Source of the DNA: Octopus sinensis | Lineage: Eukaryota | DNA length: 64,000 nucleotides | Assembly (NCBI RefSeq): GCF_006345805.1 | Contig: NC_043001.1 | Coordinates: forward strand, 73,408,001-73,472,000 | Direction of reading: 5' to 3' | In this document: positions 42,147-53,167 of the stretch, piece by piece | How the letters are laid out: each line of letters opens with the position of its first letter | Numbering within the stretch: the first letter of the stretch is position 1 | Position numbers and translations under genes: made by a program | Notes under the pieces: generated by a model | What the model was told of the DNA's origin: nothing | Seen by the model: only the letters and a program-made list of their open reading frames with translations | The model's database searches: none

Positions 42147-42242
42147 TTTCATCGTGAGGAAGATGATGGTAACTCCAGTGATGATAGTGACCTTTTGTCA
42201 GATGATGAAGAACCCGAAAGAATCCAATGTACTCAGTCCTAA
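42147..42242 (+). CDS. DCAF8: DCAF8 terminal coding exon
   Basis: tttgcag|TTT...TCC TAA; FHREEDDGNSSDDSDLLSDDEEPERIQCTQS*, an acidic tail resembling the recalled vertebrate ...DRVQCMPS*. Confidence 0.9.
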   Translation, partial: FHREEDDGNSSDDSDLLSDDEEPERIQCTQS

Positions 42243-43534
42243 ATGGGTTAACATACGCCCCTACCCTTGCCCCACCCTCTTCTGTTATTATTATTATTAT
42301 TATTTCTATTATTATTATTATAATTTTGAAGTGGCTTATCTGCAGTTTGGTCTCTTCTTAATATATATAAAATCAGTGCAACATGGAACAAGGCAAGCAA
42401 CTCTTTCTCTTCTCTTCTCTTTTCATTTAGCAACCTTCATCAACTTAATTATGCAAACGAAAAGAAAAAAGAAAATAAACACCAACAACTGCAAATAATT
42501 GCTTGCTAAACACAACAATGTCCTCTTATTTTTAATTGAAATATTTTGATTAGTTCCCACAAAACAGTCTGACTTTATGTTCTTCCTCTCCCTCACTCCC
42601 TCCTCCTCCTCTTCTTCCTATTGATGGAAGTTTCTTAGATGGAATTTCTACATGAACCAATCACTTCTGTTTCCTTTTGGACTATTAAAAAACAGAAAAA
42701 GAAAAAAAATCTTGAATATTCTGAAGTTTAAAATAACCAGTGAACTCCTTGAAAAAAAAAAAGAATACAACAAAACCTCCCAAAACAAATCACACCCTTT
42801 TTCTCTTATGTAATAATTCTAATCACAGTATGAGATAAATGAGACCAATAAATGTGTGTATGTATTTTGCACATGTGTGTCTGACTGGATGTGTGTGTGT
42901 GTGTATGAGTGTGTGTGATACTGTAGTTATGTCTCCAGTTCTGTTATTGGTTGATGCTGTTCCTTTAGAACATTGCTTGCTTTTTCATGGGAAGAGTTTA
43001 CAACAACAAAAAAACTTGCATCACAATTAAATAACATTTGGGTATGCAGAGTTAAAACACTTACATACACTCATACATACACATAAAAAGGACATGTTTG
43101 TATGAAATGGTGCTGATTACCAGATAATGAGACAGGAGAGGCAGTAAAACAAAAAGAAAAAATTCCCCTATAGAGGTCAGAATCTAGTTGCTTTCTTTTT
43201 TTTTTTTTTTTCGCCATTTTGGTAATTCTTCACTCTCAGGACTTTATTATTAAAAAAAAAACTATTTCTTCAAACAGTTTTGAAGATGTTCTAAAGATAA
43301 AAATGCCATTTTAAAACATGTCAATTAATTGTTGCTAAATGATGGATCCTGATTTTAATTTTTTTTTTGTCTTGTTTAGATAATTTTTATTCCACCCACC
43401 CTTTCCCCCCTTACCAATATTATGTCTTTCATTTTTTGCAAGCAAAGCCCCAAAATATTTGATACATTTTTCAGGAGATAGTTTATCTTGGTTATACGGA
43501 AGGAGTGTTCTTTTTTTAATTGTTGTTTTCTAAA

Positions 43535-43540
43535 AATAAA
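43535..43540 (+). terminator. Candidate DCAF8 polyadenylation signal (alternatives at 42474-42479 and 42847-42852)
   Basis: AATAAA near the end of the repeat-poor, T/A-run-rich stretch after the stop codon; cannot be confirmed without transcripts. Confidence 0.3.
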
Positions 43541-43635
43541 ACTTGGCACTAACTGTACAAGACTGTTTGTTTATACTTCCGAATGTGGTCATATGGTTTT
43601 AATGGACAGTGAACATATGTTCAAACAATGCATGT

Positions 43636-43687
<52 letters not shown>

Positions 43688-45099
43688 TTATATGTGTGCA
43701 TGTTTAAAAGATGTATATGCATTTGATAGTCAATGTGTGTGTTTGTGGTGTATATACAGATATATATATATATCTTTTATTTTTTACTTGTTTGTCTGGG
43801 CACCCCCTTGAAGAGTTTTTAATTGAATGAATTGACTGCAGTACTTAATCTTTGTTAAACCTGGTACTTATTCTATCGGTCCCTTTTGATGAAGTACTAA
43901 ATTACGCGGATATAAACACAGCAACACCAGTTGTCAGGTGGTACTAGGGGACAGACACTGGCACAAAGGCACACACACACACATCTGTGTGTGTGTGTGT
44001 ATGTATGTATGACATATACATGATGGGTTTCTTTTCAGTTTCCGTCTGCCAAATACACTCACAAGGTTTTGGTTGGCCAAGAAGGCTATAGAAGAAGACA
44101 GTTGCCCAAGTTGCCATGCAGTGGGACTGAACCCAGGACCATGTGGTTGGGAAGCAAGCTTCTTACCACACAGCCATGCCTGCACCTTTACACACATACA
44201 CATACATCATACTTATTGTGTATGTCACACCATTTTATACTTGTTTTTTAATTTAAAAACAACACAGGGATGTAACTTATGACCGAATGCTACTTAAGCA
44301 TGGGTAAATGAGGTATATGTATATGTGTGTGTGTTCACAGGATTATCATCATTGTTTTAACATCCGCTTTTCCATGTTTGCGTGGGTCAGTCAGATTTTG
44401 CTAAAACAGATCTCCTACAACCAGATGCCCTTCCCAAACTAATACTCGCTTGCTTCCAAACAAGGTGATATTTCCTCATAGCCAGACGTCTTCAAAGCTG
44501 GAAACACTTGGTGTTGTTTGTAAGACAATGATGCTCAGTTACAATTATCTCATGATGTCAAGACTAAAGGATAGAAACACACACACAGTCATCTAAGAAT
44601 CCATAAGTCAGAAAAATAATATGTACCCATATGTTTGTCCATAAAGTGGGTATATTAATCAACATATACAGTATTATAGTTCCATTTCTGTCAATTTTAC
44701 CAATCAGTTACTCTCAGTATTGGATAATCGGATATTGGATAACAATATGGTTATGTAACACCATGTGCTCTTCAGAGATGCAAGCCATCTCTGAAAGGCA
44801 CATGATGTTATTTAACCATGTTATTATCTGGTTATCTAATACCCAGTGCAAAACTGATTGGTAAAATTGGCTAAAATAGATTTATGATACTGCATACTTT
44901 GATTAATATATATATATATATATATATTGTTTGTACTTCCGAATGTGGTCATATGGTTTTAATGGACAGTGAACCTATGTTCAAACAATGCATATTACAT
45001 ATATATATATTCTATTCTTTTCATTATTCTGTCTAGTTACATGCCATCATGTAAATGTGCTTTTCGATAGTCTCGTCTTCCTGTTGTTCCCTAAGATAA

Positions 45100-47229
45100 C
45101 CTTATATTCATTGATTCACTCAGCTATTAAAGTCTTATCACACAGCAACATCTCTATCCTCTAAAATTTGTCCTTCTCAGATTTTTCAAGTCTATATTTT
45201 TGCTCTCTCATTACACTACGATTAGCAGACCCTCTTCCTAGTTAGAGGTGCGCCCTCCCACCCCTCCATCAGTACCGGAAGTTCCTATCCTTTGTCATCC
45301 CTGGGTTGCCTCCCATGAACACTGCAAAAGGCATTCCACCATCCCCACCCCCAGTCTCGGGCTATCTCCTATGTAAAGTAATGATCATATAGTGCAAAAT
45401 ATGAAAGGGTAGTGTTATGCAGGTTGAACTGAATCCTACTGTATTGCTTGCTCATGAATTCTGCCAAATGCAAGTTTTCTTTTCGTGTACATGAAGCTAC
45501 TGTACCCCATCCCAGGGTCTCTAGGGCCCATACTTCCCACACCCTCAGGGTTGGCACACTGAAAGGTGGGTCTGGCAAGATTGTTGAGATGCTTGAATGG
45601 AGTTGTGTCAATATGTGTTGCATCCAAGAAGTGAGGTGGAGAGGAGGTTCTGCTAGGTTCCTCACAGGCAAAGAACACAGGTACAAGATTTTCTGGGCTG
45701 GGAACACTGACGGGGTCAGGGTGTGGGTTTACTTCTCGCTGAAAAATGGGTAGATAAGGTAATTGAGGTAGTCAGAGTATGCGACAGAATACTTAAGATT
45801 AGATTAGTGCTTCATCATGGATTAGCAACCATTATATCGGCCTATGCTCCTCAGCCAGGGCTACCCGATGGACAGAAAGACCGATTCTATGACACCCTAC
45901 TGCAGACTACTTCGTTGACGAACGACAGGGACCTTCTCTTTGTGGCTGGTGACTTCAATGGGCATGTTGGACAACATGCTGGGGGCTTCCATGGTGTACA
46001 TGGAGGCTACGGTTATGGTTCTTGCAACGAGGAGGGAACCAGGCTCCTGGAGTTCTGTGATGCAAATGATCTTATGGTTTGCAACACTAACTTCAGGAAA
46101 CCTACCAGCCACCTAGTCACCTACCGATCGGGCCGACATACTAGCCAAATTGACTACATCCTTGCCAGAAAAAGGGAAAGATGGCTGCTTATAAATGCCA
46201 AAACCTTTCCAGGCGAAGAATGTACCCCACAACATAGACTGGTAGTTAGTGACTTTAGGATCAGGACTAAGAGGATGACCAACATGGAGAAGAAGGGTCT
46301 GGAAGCTTAAAGATCCTGCGAATGGAGAGAGATTTAGAGACATATTACTTGAAGCTTTTGACAAAATAGAAGGGGATATAGCTTCACATGGGGTAGAAGA
46401 CAACTGGAGGTTTCTAAGAGACAACCTGCTGAGAGCCACTGACCAGGTCTGTGGATAGTGCAAAGTCCCCTATAAACCCAAAATAACGTGGTGGTGGAAG
46501 AACATTGTAGACAGGGCTATCAGAGAAAAGAGACAGGCTTGGAAGAATGGTGGTAGCAGGGAATCGTATCAGACTGCCAGAAGAGAAGCTAGGAGACAGG
46601 TTTATTTAGCCAGAGGGGAAGCAGATAAGAAAATGTTCTGCTCCGTGAGGACCAAAGACTTGAGGTATTTCATGTTGCAAGACAGTGTGTGAGAGAGAAT
46701 CATGATGTGGTAGGAGAGAAATGTGTTCACATAGATGATGGTTCACTTGTGCTAAATGAGGCTGCAAAGAGAGGTTTGGAGACACCACTATGAAAGGTTC
46801 CTGAACAAAGAAAATGAATGGGAGAAAGAGAGTCTGCCGATTGTCGACCCAACAGAGGGACCAGCTATCTGAGTTGACAGTACCTTGATAGTTAAAGCAA
46901 TTAAAATTATGAAGACAGGGAAAGCCCCCAGCCCATCAAGAATTACTACAGAGATGCCTAAAATATCTGGCAGTGTCGGCATTAGCCTGGCCACCCATAT
47001 AGTTAACCAGGTGATACACGAAGGAGTCATACCCAATGACTGGCGTAGCAGCACTATAGTCAACTGCTACAAAGGAAAACGTGAAGCTTTAGATACAAAT
47101 AATTACAGAGGTATCAAGCTGTTGGATCAGGTAATGAAGATCACGGAGAGGGTCATAGCCCAACTAATTAGGAAGAGAGTCAGTTTAGATGAGATGCAGT
47201 TTGGTTTCGTGCCAGGGAAAAGCACCACA
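45100..47229 (+). mobile_element. RTE-clade LINE 5' half: AP endonuclease plus start of RT, frameshifted and 3'-truncated
   Basis: CCIQEVRW, IISAYAPQ, VAGDFNGHVG, TYRSG..SQIDYIL, HRLVVSDF (APE); MKTGKAP...PNDWRSSTIV..YKGK...NYRGIKLL...QFGFVPGKSTT (RT N-terminus). Confidence 0.93.
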
Positions 47230-47560
47230 GTGTGGGGCTTTCTTGCATATATGCTATCCTTGAGGTAACCCCTCAGAAAGCAGTCCATTGAGCTTAGATC
47301 TGGTGATCCAGATGGCCAGTGGATATCACCAAATCTAGAAATGAGATGTTTGAGGAATTGTTCTCAAAGAATTGTCATTGAGAGCTGCGCTATATGACTA
47401 GGGCACCATCTTGTTGGATCCATATCTGTGTCAGGACAAGCCTTTATAAGTCAGGGAAAGGTCTTCAGCATATGGTTGTAATGCTCAGTAGTCACTGTTA
47501 CAGCTGCGTCATGTTCGTCTTGTCTCATGGAAGTTCATAACAGCACACAGGATCACATTT
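47230..47560 (-). mobile_element. Tc1/mariner (DDxD, maT/rosa-like) transposase remnant
   Basis: Minus strand VTVTTEHYNHML, IWIQQDGA (47402-47416) and ISRFGDIHWPSGSPDLSSMDCFLRGYLKDSIYARKP, in shifted frames. Confidence 0.8.
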
Positions 47561-48402
47561 TGGGATGTTAGCTGTAGCTTTCCAAAATGCTCTTGAAATT
47601 TTCTTCCAACTGCAATGATAGATCTTTGGCTGGTTAAGTATGCTTTCCCCATGTATGCAATTTCCTTTGGAGTTTACAGCATTATGAGGGTCACCAACTA
47701 CCTGTGAAAAATAGCAAAATCATTGATAATATGTCAAACTCCTGCATATCACTTGTCAGTGATGGATGCTCAATCACTAGAGGTGCCACCAACTCATCTT
47801 CCTACCAGTGATATATAGAAAAACAGTGCCAGAACAAGTGTTGCGATTTGCCATGAGCTTGTTAAAAAATATATTTTAGCAACAGAGGCAATATTAATAC
47901 TGAGCGATGATATTTAACCCCACTTAAACGTAGATTGATGAGCACCTATAGATTTGATGAAAGTTAAATTATTATATGTATGCCATATTTCCTGATACTA
48001 TATATGATAGAAAACATATTCCTTGAAAGTTACTTGTCATATGATGGGTAACACTCTAGCATACATAAATGTGTGTTTATCTATCTATCTATATATATAT
48101 ATATATATATATATAGATATAGATAGAGGGGTGCAAATCAATAACAAGACCAAATCAAATAAAACATCGAAAGTTTAAAGAACTTTGACCAATTTTATTG
48201 ACGATACATGACTTGGTGGTTAGTGTATTCAACATAAGATTACGAGTTCAATTCCCGATGGCACGTTATGTCTTTCAGCAAGACACTATTTCGGATTGCT
48301 CCAGTCCACTGAGCTGACAAGAATGAGTTGTGTCTGTGGCTTAATGGGCCAGCCTTGTCACATTCACTGAGTCACAGTGAATCTCTTTGAGAACTACATT
48401 AA

Positions 48403-49080
48403 CCCGTTAGTGTTCAGATTATTCTGTCAAATGTGATGTTTGTTTATTTATATTGTTTTGAATTAATCATGCATTATAATGTACATTATTTACATTTGAC
48501 AGATATTTGTCCTCATCTTGTTTATTGTTAACACATTTCCACTGATATACCCTCCAGCCTTCATCAGGTGTCTTGGGGAAATTTCAAACCTGGGTTCTCA
48601 TTCCTAAAGTATTTTTTGATATTATTATTCAGGTCACTGCCTGGAATTGAACTTGGAATCTTGGGATTAGTAGCCTGCGCTTTTAACCACTATGCCGTAT
48701 GGCATAGTGTTTAAGAGCATGGGCTACTAACCCCAAGACTCGAGTTCGATTCCAGGCAGTGACCCGAATAATAATAATAATAACAACAGCAACAACATCG
48801 AAAAATACCTTAGGAATGAGAACCCAGGTTTGAAATTTCCCCAAAACATTTGATGAAGGCTGGAGGGTATATCAGCCGAAATGTTGTGTTAACAAACAAG
48901 ATGAGGACAAATATTCGTCAAATGTAAATAACGTACATAATTCCTCATCTCTTAAATATAGAACTGCATTATAATGTAGTTTAGAGATTTCAATGATGTG
49001 ATTCTTTATTTTTAGAATGACATGGTAGGGTTGAAGTAAAATGCCAAATCCGGTCAATTTCAAATTTGAATGCTAAAGGG
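48403..49080. mobile_element. TTAA MITE (CCCTTTAGCATTCA family), itself interrupted
   Basis: TIRs cccgttagtgttca / tgaatgctaaaggg; TTAA at 48399-48402 and 49081-49084. Confidence 0.85.
48484..48964. mobile_element. Head-to-head inverted dimer of a tRNA-headed element with hammerhead-like tail
   Basis: Centre cactatgcc-gtat-ggcatagtg (48688-48709); B box GTTCGATTCC 48744-48753; 14-bp TSD TGCATTATAATGTA at 48470-48483 and 48965-48978. Confidence 0.9.
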
Positions 49081-50957
49081 TTAAGGGTACATGTATCTGT
49101 GGAGTGCTCAGCCATTTGCATGTTAATTTCCTGAGCAGGTAGTTCTATTGATCAGATCAACTGGAATACTTGTCATAACTGACAGAGTGCCTGTCAATTA
49201 ATTTTATTAGGTCAATGCTAATGAAGGAAAATAGTTATAAAGTGAAAATTATAGAATATAAATATATGGTTAGGCTTGTTGTAGGTGGCAGATTCATTCA
49301 CATGGCATTGGTCAGTCAGTGCCACACGATGAGACTGAACTTGGAGCCATGTGATTACAAAATAAGCTTCTTAACCACACAGCCTTTTATCACTTATTTG
49401 TTTCAGTCATCAGGTTGTGGCCATGCTGGGGCAGTGCCTTGAGGAATTTTAGTCAAACTAATCAACCCCAGTAATTATTTTCTTTTTAAGCCTGGTACTT
49501 ATCCTATTGGTCCCTTTTACTGAACTGCTAAGTTATGGGGATGTAAACACATCAACTCTTGTTAAACAGTGGTGGGGGACAAACACAGACATATAGATAT
49601 GCATGCACGCACACACATATATTTGACAGGTTTCTTTCAGTTTCCATCTACCAAATCCACTCACAAGGCTTTGGTCAGTCCAAGGGTATAGTAGAAGACA
49701 TTTGCTCAAGGTGCCACACCATGGAACTGAACCCTGAATCATGTGGTCAGGAACAAATACTTTGAGGCATCTTATTCTGGCATTCTATCAATTCTGTCAA
49801 TCTACAGCCCTGATTTGGCTCTTTATTTTATTATGCCTCAAAGATGAAAGTAAAGTTGCCCTTGGTGAGATTTGAACTCAGTGAGCTAGAACAACAAAGT
49901 ATTTTGTCCTACACTCTAATGCCTCTATCCAAACTACTGCATTGTAAAATGATGGTGGAGGCAGGGGACTTCTACTTGATTGCTCAACAAGTTAGAAATA
50001 GAAGCCAGATTTCCATCAAATTCCACATGTTACTGTTTTAAAAGGGGTACATAGACATATTTGTCCAGAGTAACATAACCCTGGGTATATAGGGTGATCA
50101 CAAGTGCAACACATTTAGTTATAAATCTGTTCAATCAAGACTGGCCTAAAACTAAACAACAACTGTAATCCATGTCATAATACTCAGTTGTGATTCAGCA
50201 TTCTTTTAAAGATTGATGTATCAAATGATGAGGGAGTAGTCTCCCTTCCTTAAGCCAGTTATTGAGCACTAACATTATTTGTGGAATAAAGTCTTTGATA
50301 TCTTAATGTTATAATTATTTCTCACAATCTAGTGTGGTAGTTTGACAGAATCATTATAGCACCAGACAGAATAACTTGCAATATTTTTTCTGATTCTACA
50401 TTCTAAGCCCAAATCCTACTGAGGTCAACTTTGCCTTTTAGGTTGATGAAATAAAGTAGCTGTCAAGTATTGGAGCCAATATAATCAACTAAACTCCCTC
50501 ACTTGAAAATTGCTGGCCTTGTGCCTAAATCAGAAATCATTATTTCTTATGACAAATAGTGTACCTTGAACACCAGATCTGTGATTTTCACCAAGTTGAT
50601 TGACAGTTACCTTTATAACATAAGTATTCAATCAAGACTGTCTTATGTCTCACATGTCATTATCATCATCATCATTTAACATGTCTCCTATACTGGCATA
50701 TATTTGACTGTTCAACAAGATCCAATGAACCAAAGAATATGTGTCAGTGCCTTCTTTGACATGTTTTTCTATAGCTGGATGCTCTTCCTAACACCAACCA
50801 CTTTCCAGTGCTTTCTTCATAGCACAAGCAGTAGTGAGGCCACCGACTAATTGCAACATAAGAACTTGACTAAGTGAGGGTCTAGTATTGAGAAAGATGG
50901 CTTAGTATCAGGTGTTAAGAGGGACAGGAACAGGTTTTGCTGTAGAGGAGATGGAAA

Positions 50958-51200
50958 GGGAGAAAGACATATCATAATGAAATAATTTTGAACTAAATAT
51001 TCAGTCGATCCACACTCACAAACACCTTTTCTTTGTTCTAAAAATAATTTCAGAAATAATTTGTGCTTCATTAAATAAAGGGAGACAGATGTATCGTAAT
51101 GAAATAATTTTGAACTGAATATTCAGTCGATCCACAATCACAAACACCCTTTCTTCATTCTAGAAATAATTTCAGAAATAATTTTTGCTTTATTGAATAA
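50958..51200. repeat. ~120-bp tandem duplication
   Basis: taatgaaataattttgaact.aatattcagtcgatccaca.tcacaaacacc...aataatttcagaaataattt occurs twice in tandem. Confidence 0.85.
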
Positions 51201-52848
51201 ATTATTTTGTCTAGAGAACAAGATGGATTAATTTATTGACACTAGTCATGAAAATGAGAGTATAAAATAGATGTAAGAATTTTATTGAGAAGCTATTATT
51301 TGATAAGTCATCCATAACAAGTTTTTTTGTTGAGGTCTAACTTATCCTATATAATCATCATAATAATAATTTTAATGACCACTTTTCCATGCTTGTATGA
51401 ATTAGACACAATTTATTGAGGCAGATTTTCTATGGTTAAATGTCATTCATATCACCAACCCTAACTTGTTTCCCTATGGCTGAATATGATTTTCATGGAA
51501 GACTGGAAAAACAAACAACACCATATGCATGATGCCAATGCTTGTTGACAGCTAAAACATCATGTCAAGACAAGGAGATACACACATGCACAGAGATACA
51601 CACACAAATATTCATATATACACACATATACAATGGATTTCGTTTCAGTTTACATTTACCACATCCACTGATATTATATCCACCCCTATTGCTTCCTGGT
51701 GAGTTTAGAGTCTACCTGGCTAGTTTGTTCACCTGAGTGCTAGGTGATCAAGTGGCTGCTAACTTTCTGAAATTAGTGCCATCATCTTTATTCCTTTATG
51801 ATATCTGTAACCTCCATTTACATTTAAGTAATTTATATCACAGAACTCTCTTAGCCACCATCTTTATTCCATTACAATAACTAGAACCTTCATGCACATT
51901 TGAGTAACCTAATGTTCCAATACTTCCATTAAAGCACTATCCATATTTACAAAGCCACCATTATAGGAATAGTTTGCTAGGGGATATCACTAGTTGTGGT
52001 ATTTTGGCAACATAATAGCGGCAGTAATTTTCGTCTATGACTAGCTTAAATTCAGCTACATTGTCACATATTCTGACTACAGTCTATTTATTTCATTACA
52101 AACACTGCACCTCCTCCATCTACAGCAATGGTGTTACTTAACCAAAAGAACTTATAGTACTGTTTCTTGCATGTGAGGTGCTTGACTGAGGATCCTTTCC
52201 ATCTTATCTCTTGTACACAGCACACATCTATACTTGCCTCTGCATCTCTACAATCTCTTCCGACTTACCTTTCATCATGCCAATTATAATAGTGGCATCC
52301 ATAAAGTTCTGTTCCTGAAAGGAAGATGAGTTTCCACTCCCAGCCCCAACCCTGTGCCAACTTCTACATCTAGTCTTTTCTCACCAGAACACCAACCCAC
52401 TGGAATTTTCTCCCAATTCATTTCTTTTCAGCAAGTATTGACCTGCAATAGTTTAAACCGTACATTAATGACATTGATCTAATTGGTCTCTGAAGCCCTT
52501 CTCACAGACTCGAGAAGTAAAAAAAACTCCTTTACATACACAGAGAAGCCATTTCCCATAAACAGAGATAACAACTTCATGAATTATTTCATGTTTTGGT
52601 TTTTTTTTTCTTACTTAAACTACTATTCTGTAACTCAAACTAACCCTTGCACTAACACCACATAACTTTGTAATATAATTAGTCTTAGGTAACAGACTTT
52701 CTTGATAAACAACATAATTGGAACCATGTAAGTCTCAACAAATGCTAGACTTTCCAGTCTCTAATGAAAGCTCATGGAATCCCTGTATACATAACCTAAA
52801 ACTATTTCCCACAATACTAACCTTCCTCTTTAGGACTAGTAAAATCTT

Positions 52849-53167
52849 GTGAGGGCGCGTGGCTTAGTGGTTAGGGCATTCGGCTCATGATCGTAAGGTT
52901 GTGAGTTCGATTCCCGGCGACACGTTGTTTCACTTTATTTCACGTTGCTCCAGTCCACTCAGCTGGCAAAAATGAGTTGTACTTGTATTTCAAAGGGTCA
53001 GCCTTGTCACTCTCTGTGTCACGCTGATTATCCCCGAGAACTACGTTAAGGGTACACGTGTCTGTGGAATGCTCAGCCATTTGCACGTTAATTTCACGAG
53101 CAAGCTGTTCCGTTGATCGTATCAGCTGGGACCCTCGTCGTCGTAACCGGCAGAGTCTTTTTTTTTA
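52849..53167 (+). mobile_element. Young SINE family C insertion with target-site duplication
   Basis: A box TGGCTTAGTGG, B box GTTCGATTCC, many intact CpGs, T-run tail; 11-bp TSD AGTAAAATCTT at 52838-52848 and 53168-53178. Confidence 0.92.

Larger units (their letters stand above)
48206..49195 (+). mobile_element. SINE family C copy split by nested insertions (48206-48398 and 49085-49195)
   Basis: ...gagaactaca-TTAA | TTAA-gggtac... versus the uninterrupted gagaactacgTTAAgggtac at ~53037-53054. Confidence 0.85.

Noticed and set aside
41923-42498. 191-aa ORF overlapping the last DCAF8 exon
   Set aside because: Low-complexity read-through of intron and UTR microsatellites in a different frame from the conserved spliced frame.
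49388-49404. Minus-strand CUGAUGA-CU-GAAAC in a SINE B tail (also CUGAAGA-CU-GAAAC at ~36505)
   Set aside because: Only 2 nt between the core halves, so no helix II; other SINE B copies read ctaatgactgaaac, so these are point variants.
52853-52925. tRNA-like sequence with apparent CAT anticodon
   Set aside because: No acceptor-stem closure; it continues into the SINE C body with a TSD, and other copies have a different loop, so it is a SINE head rather than a tRNA gene.
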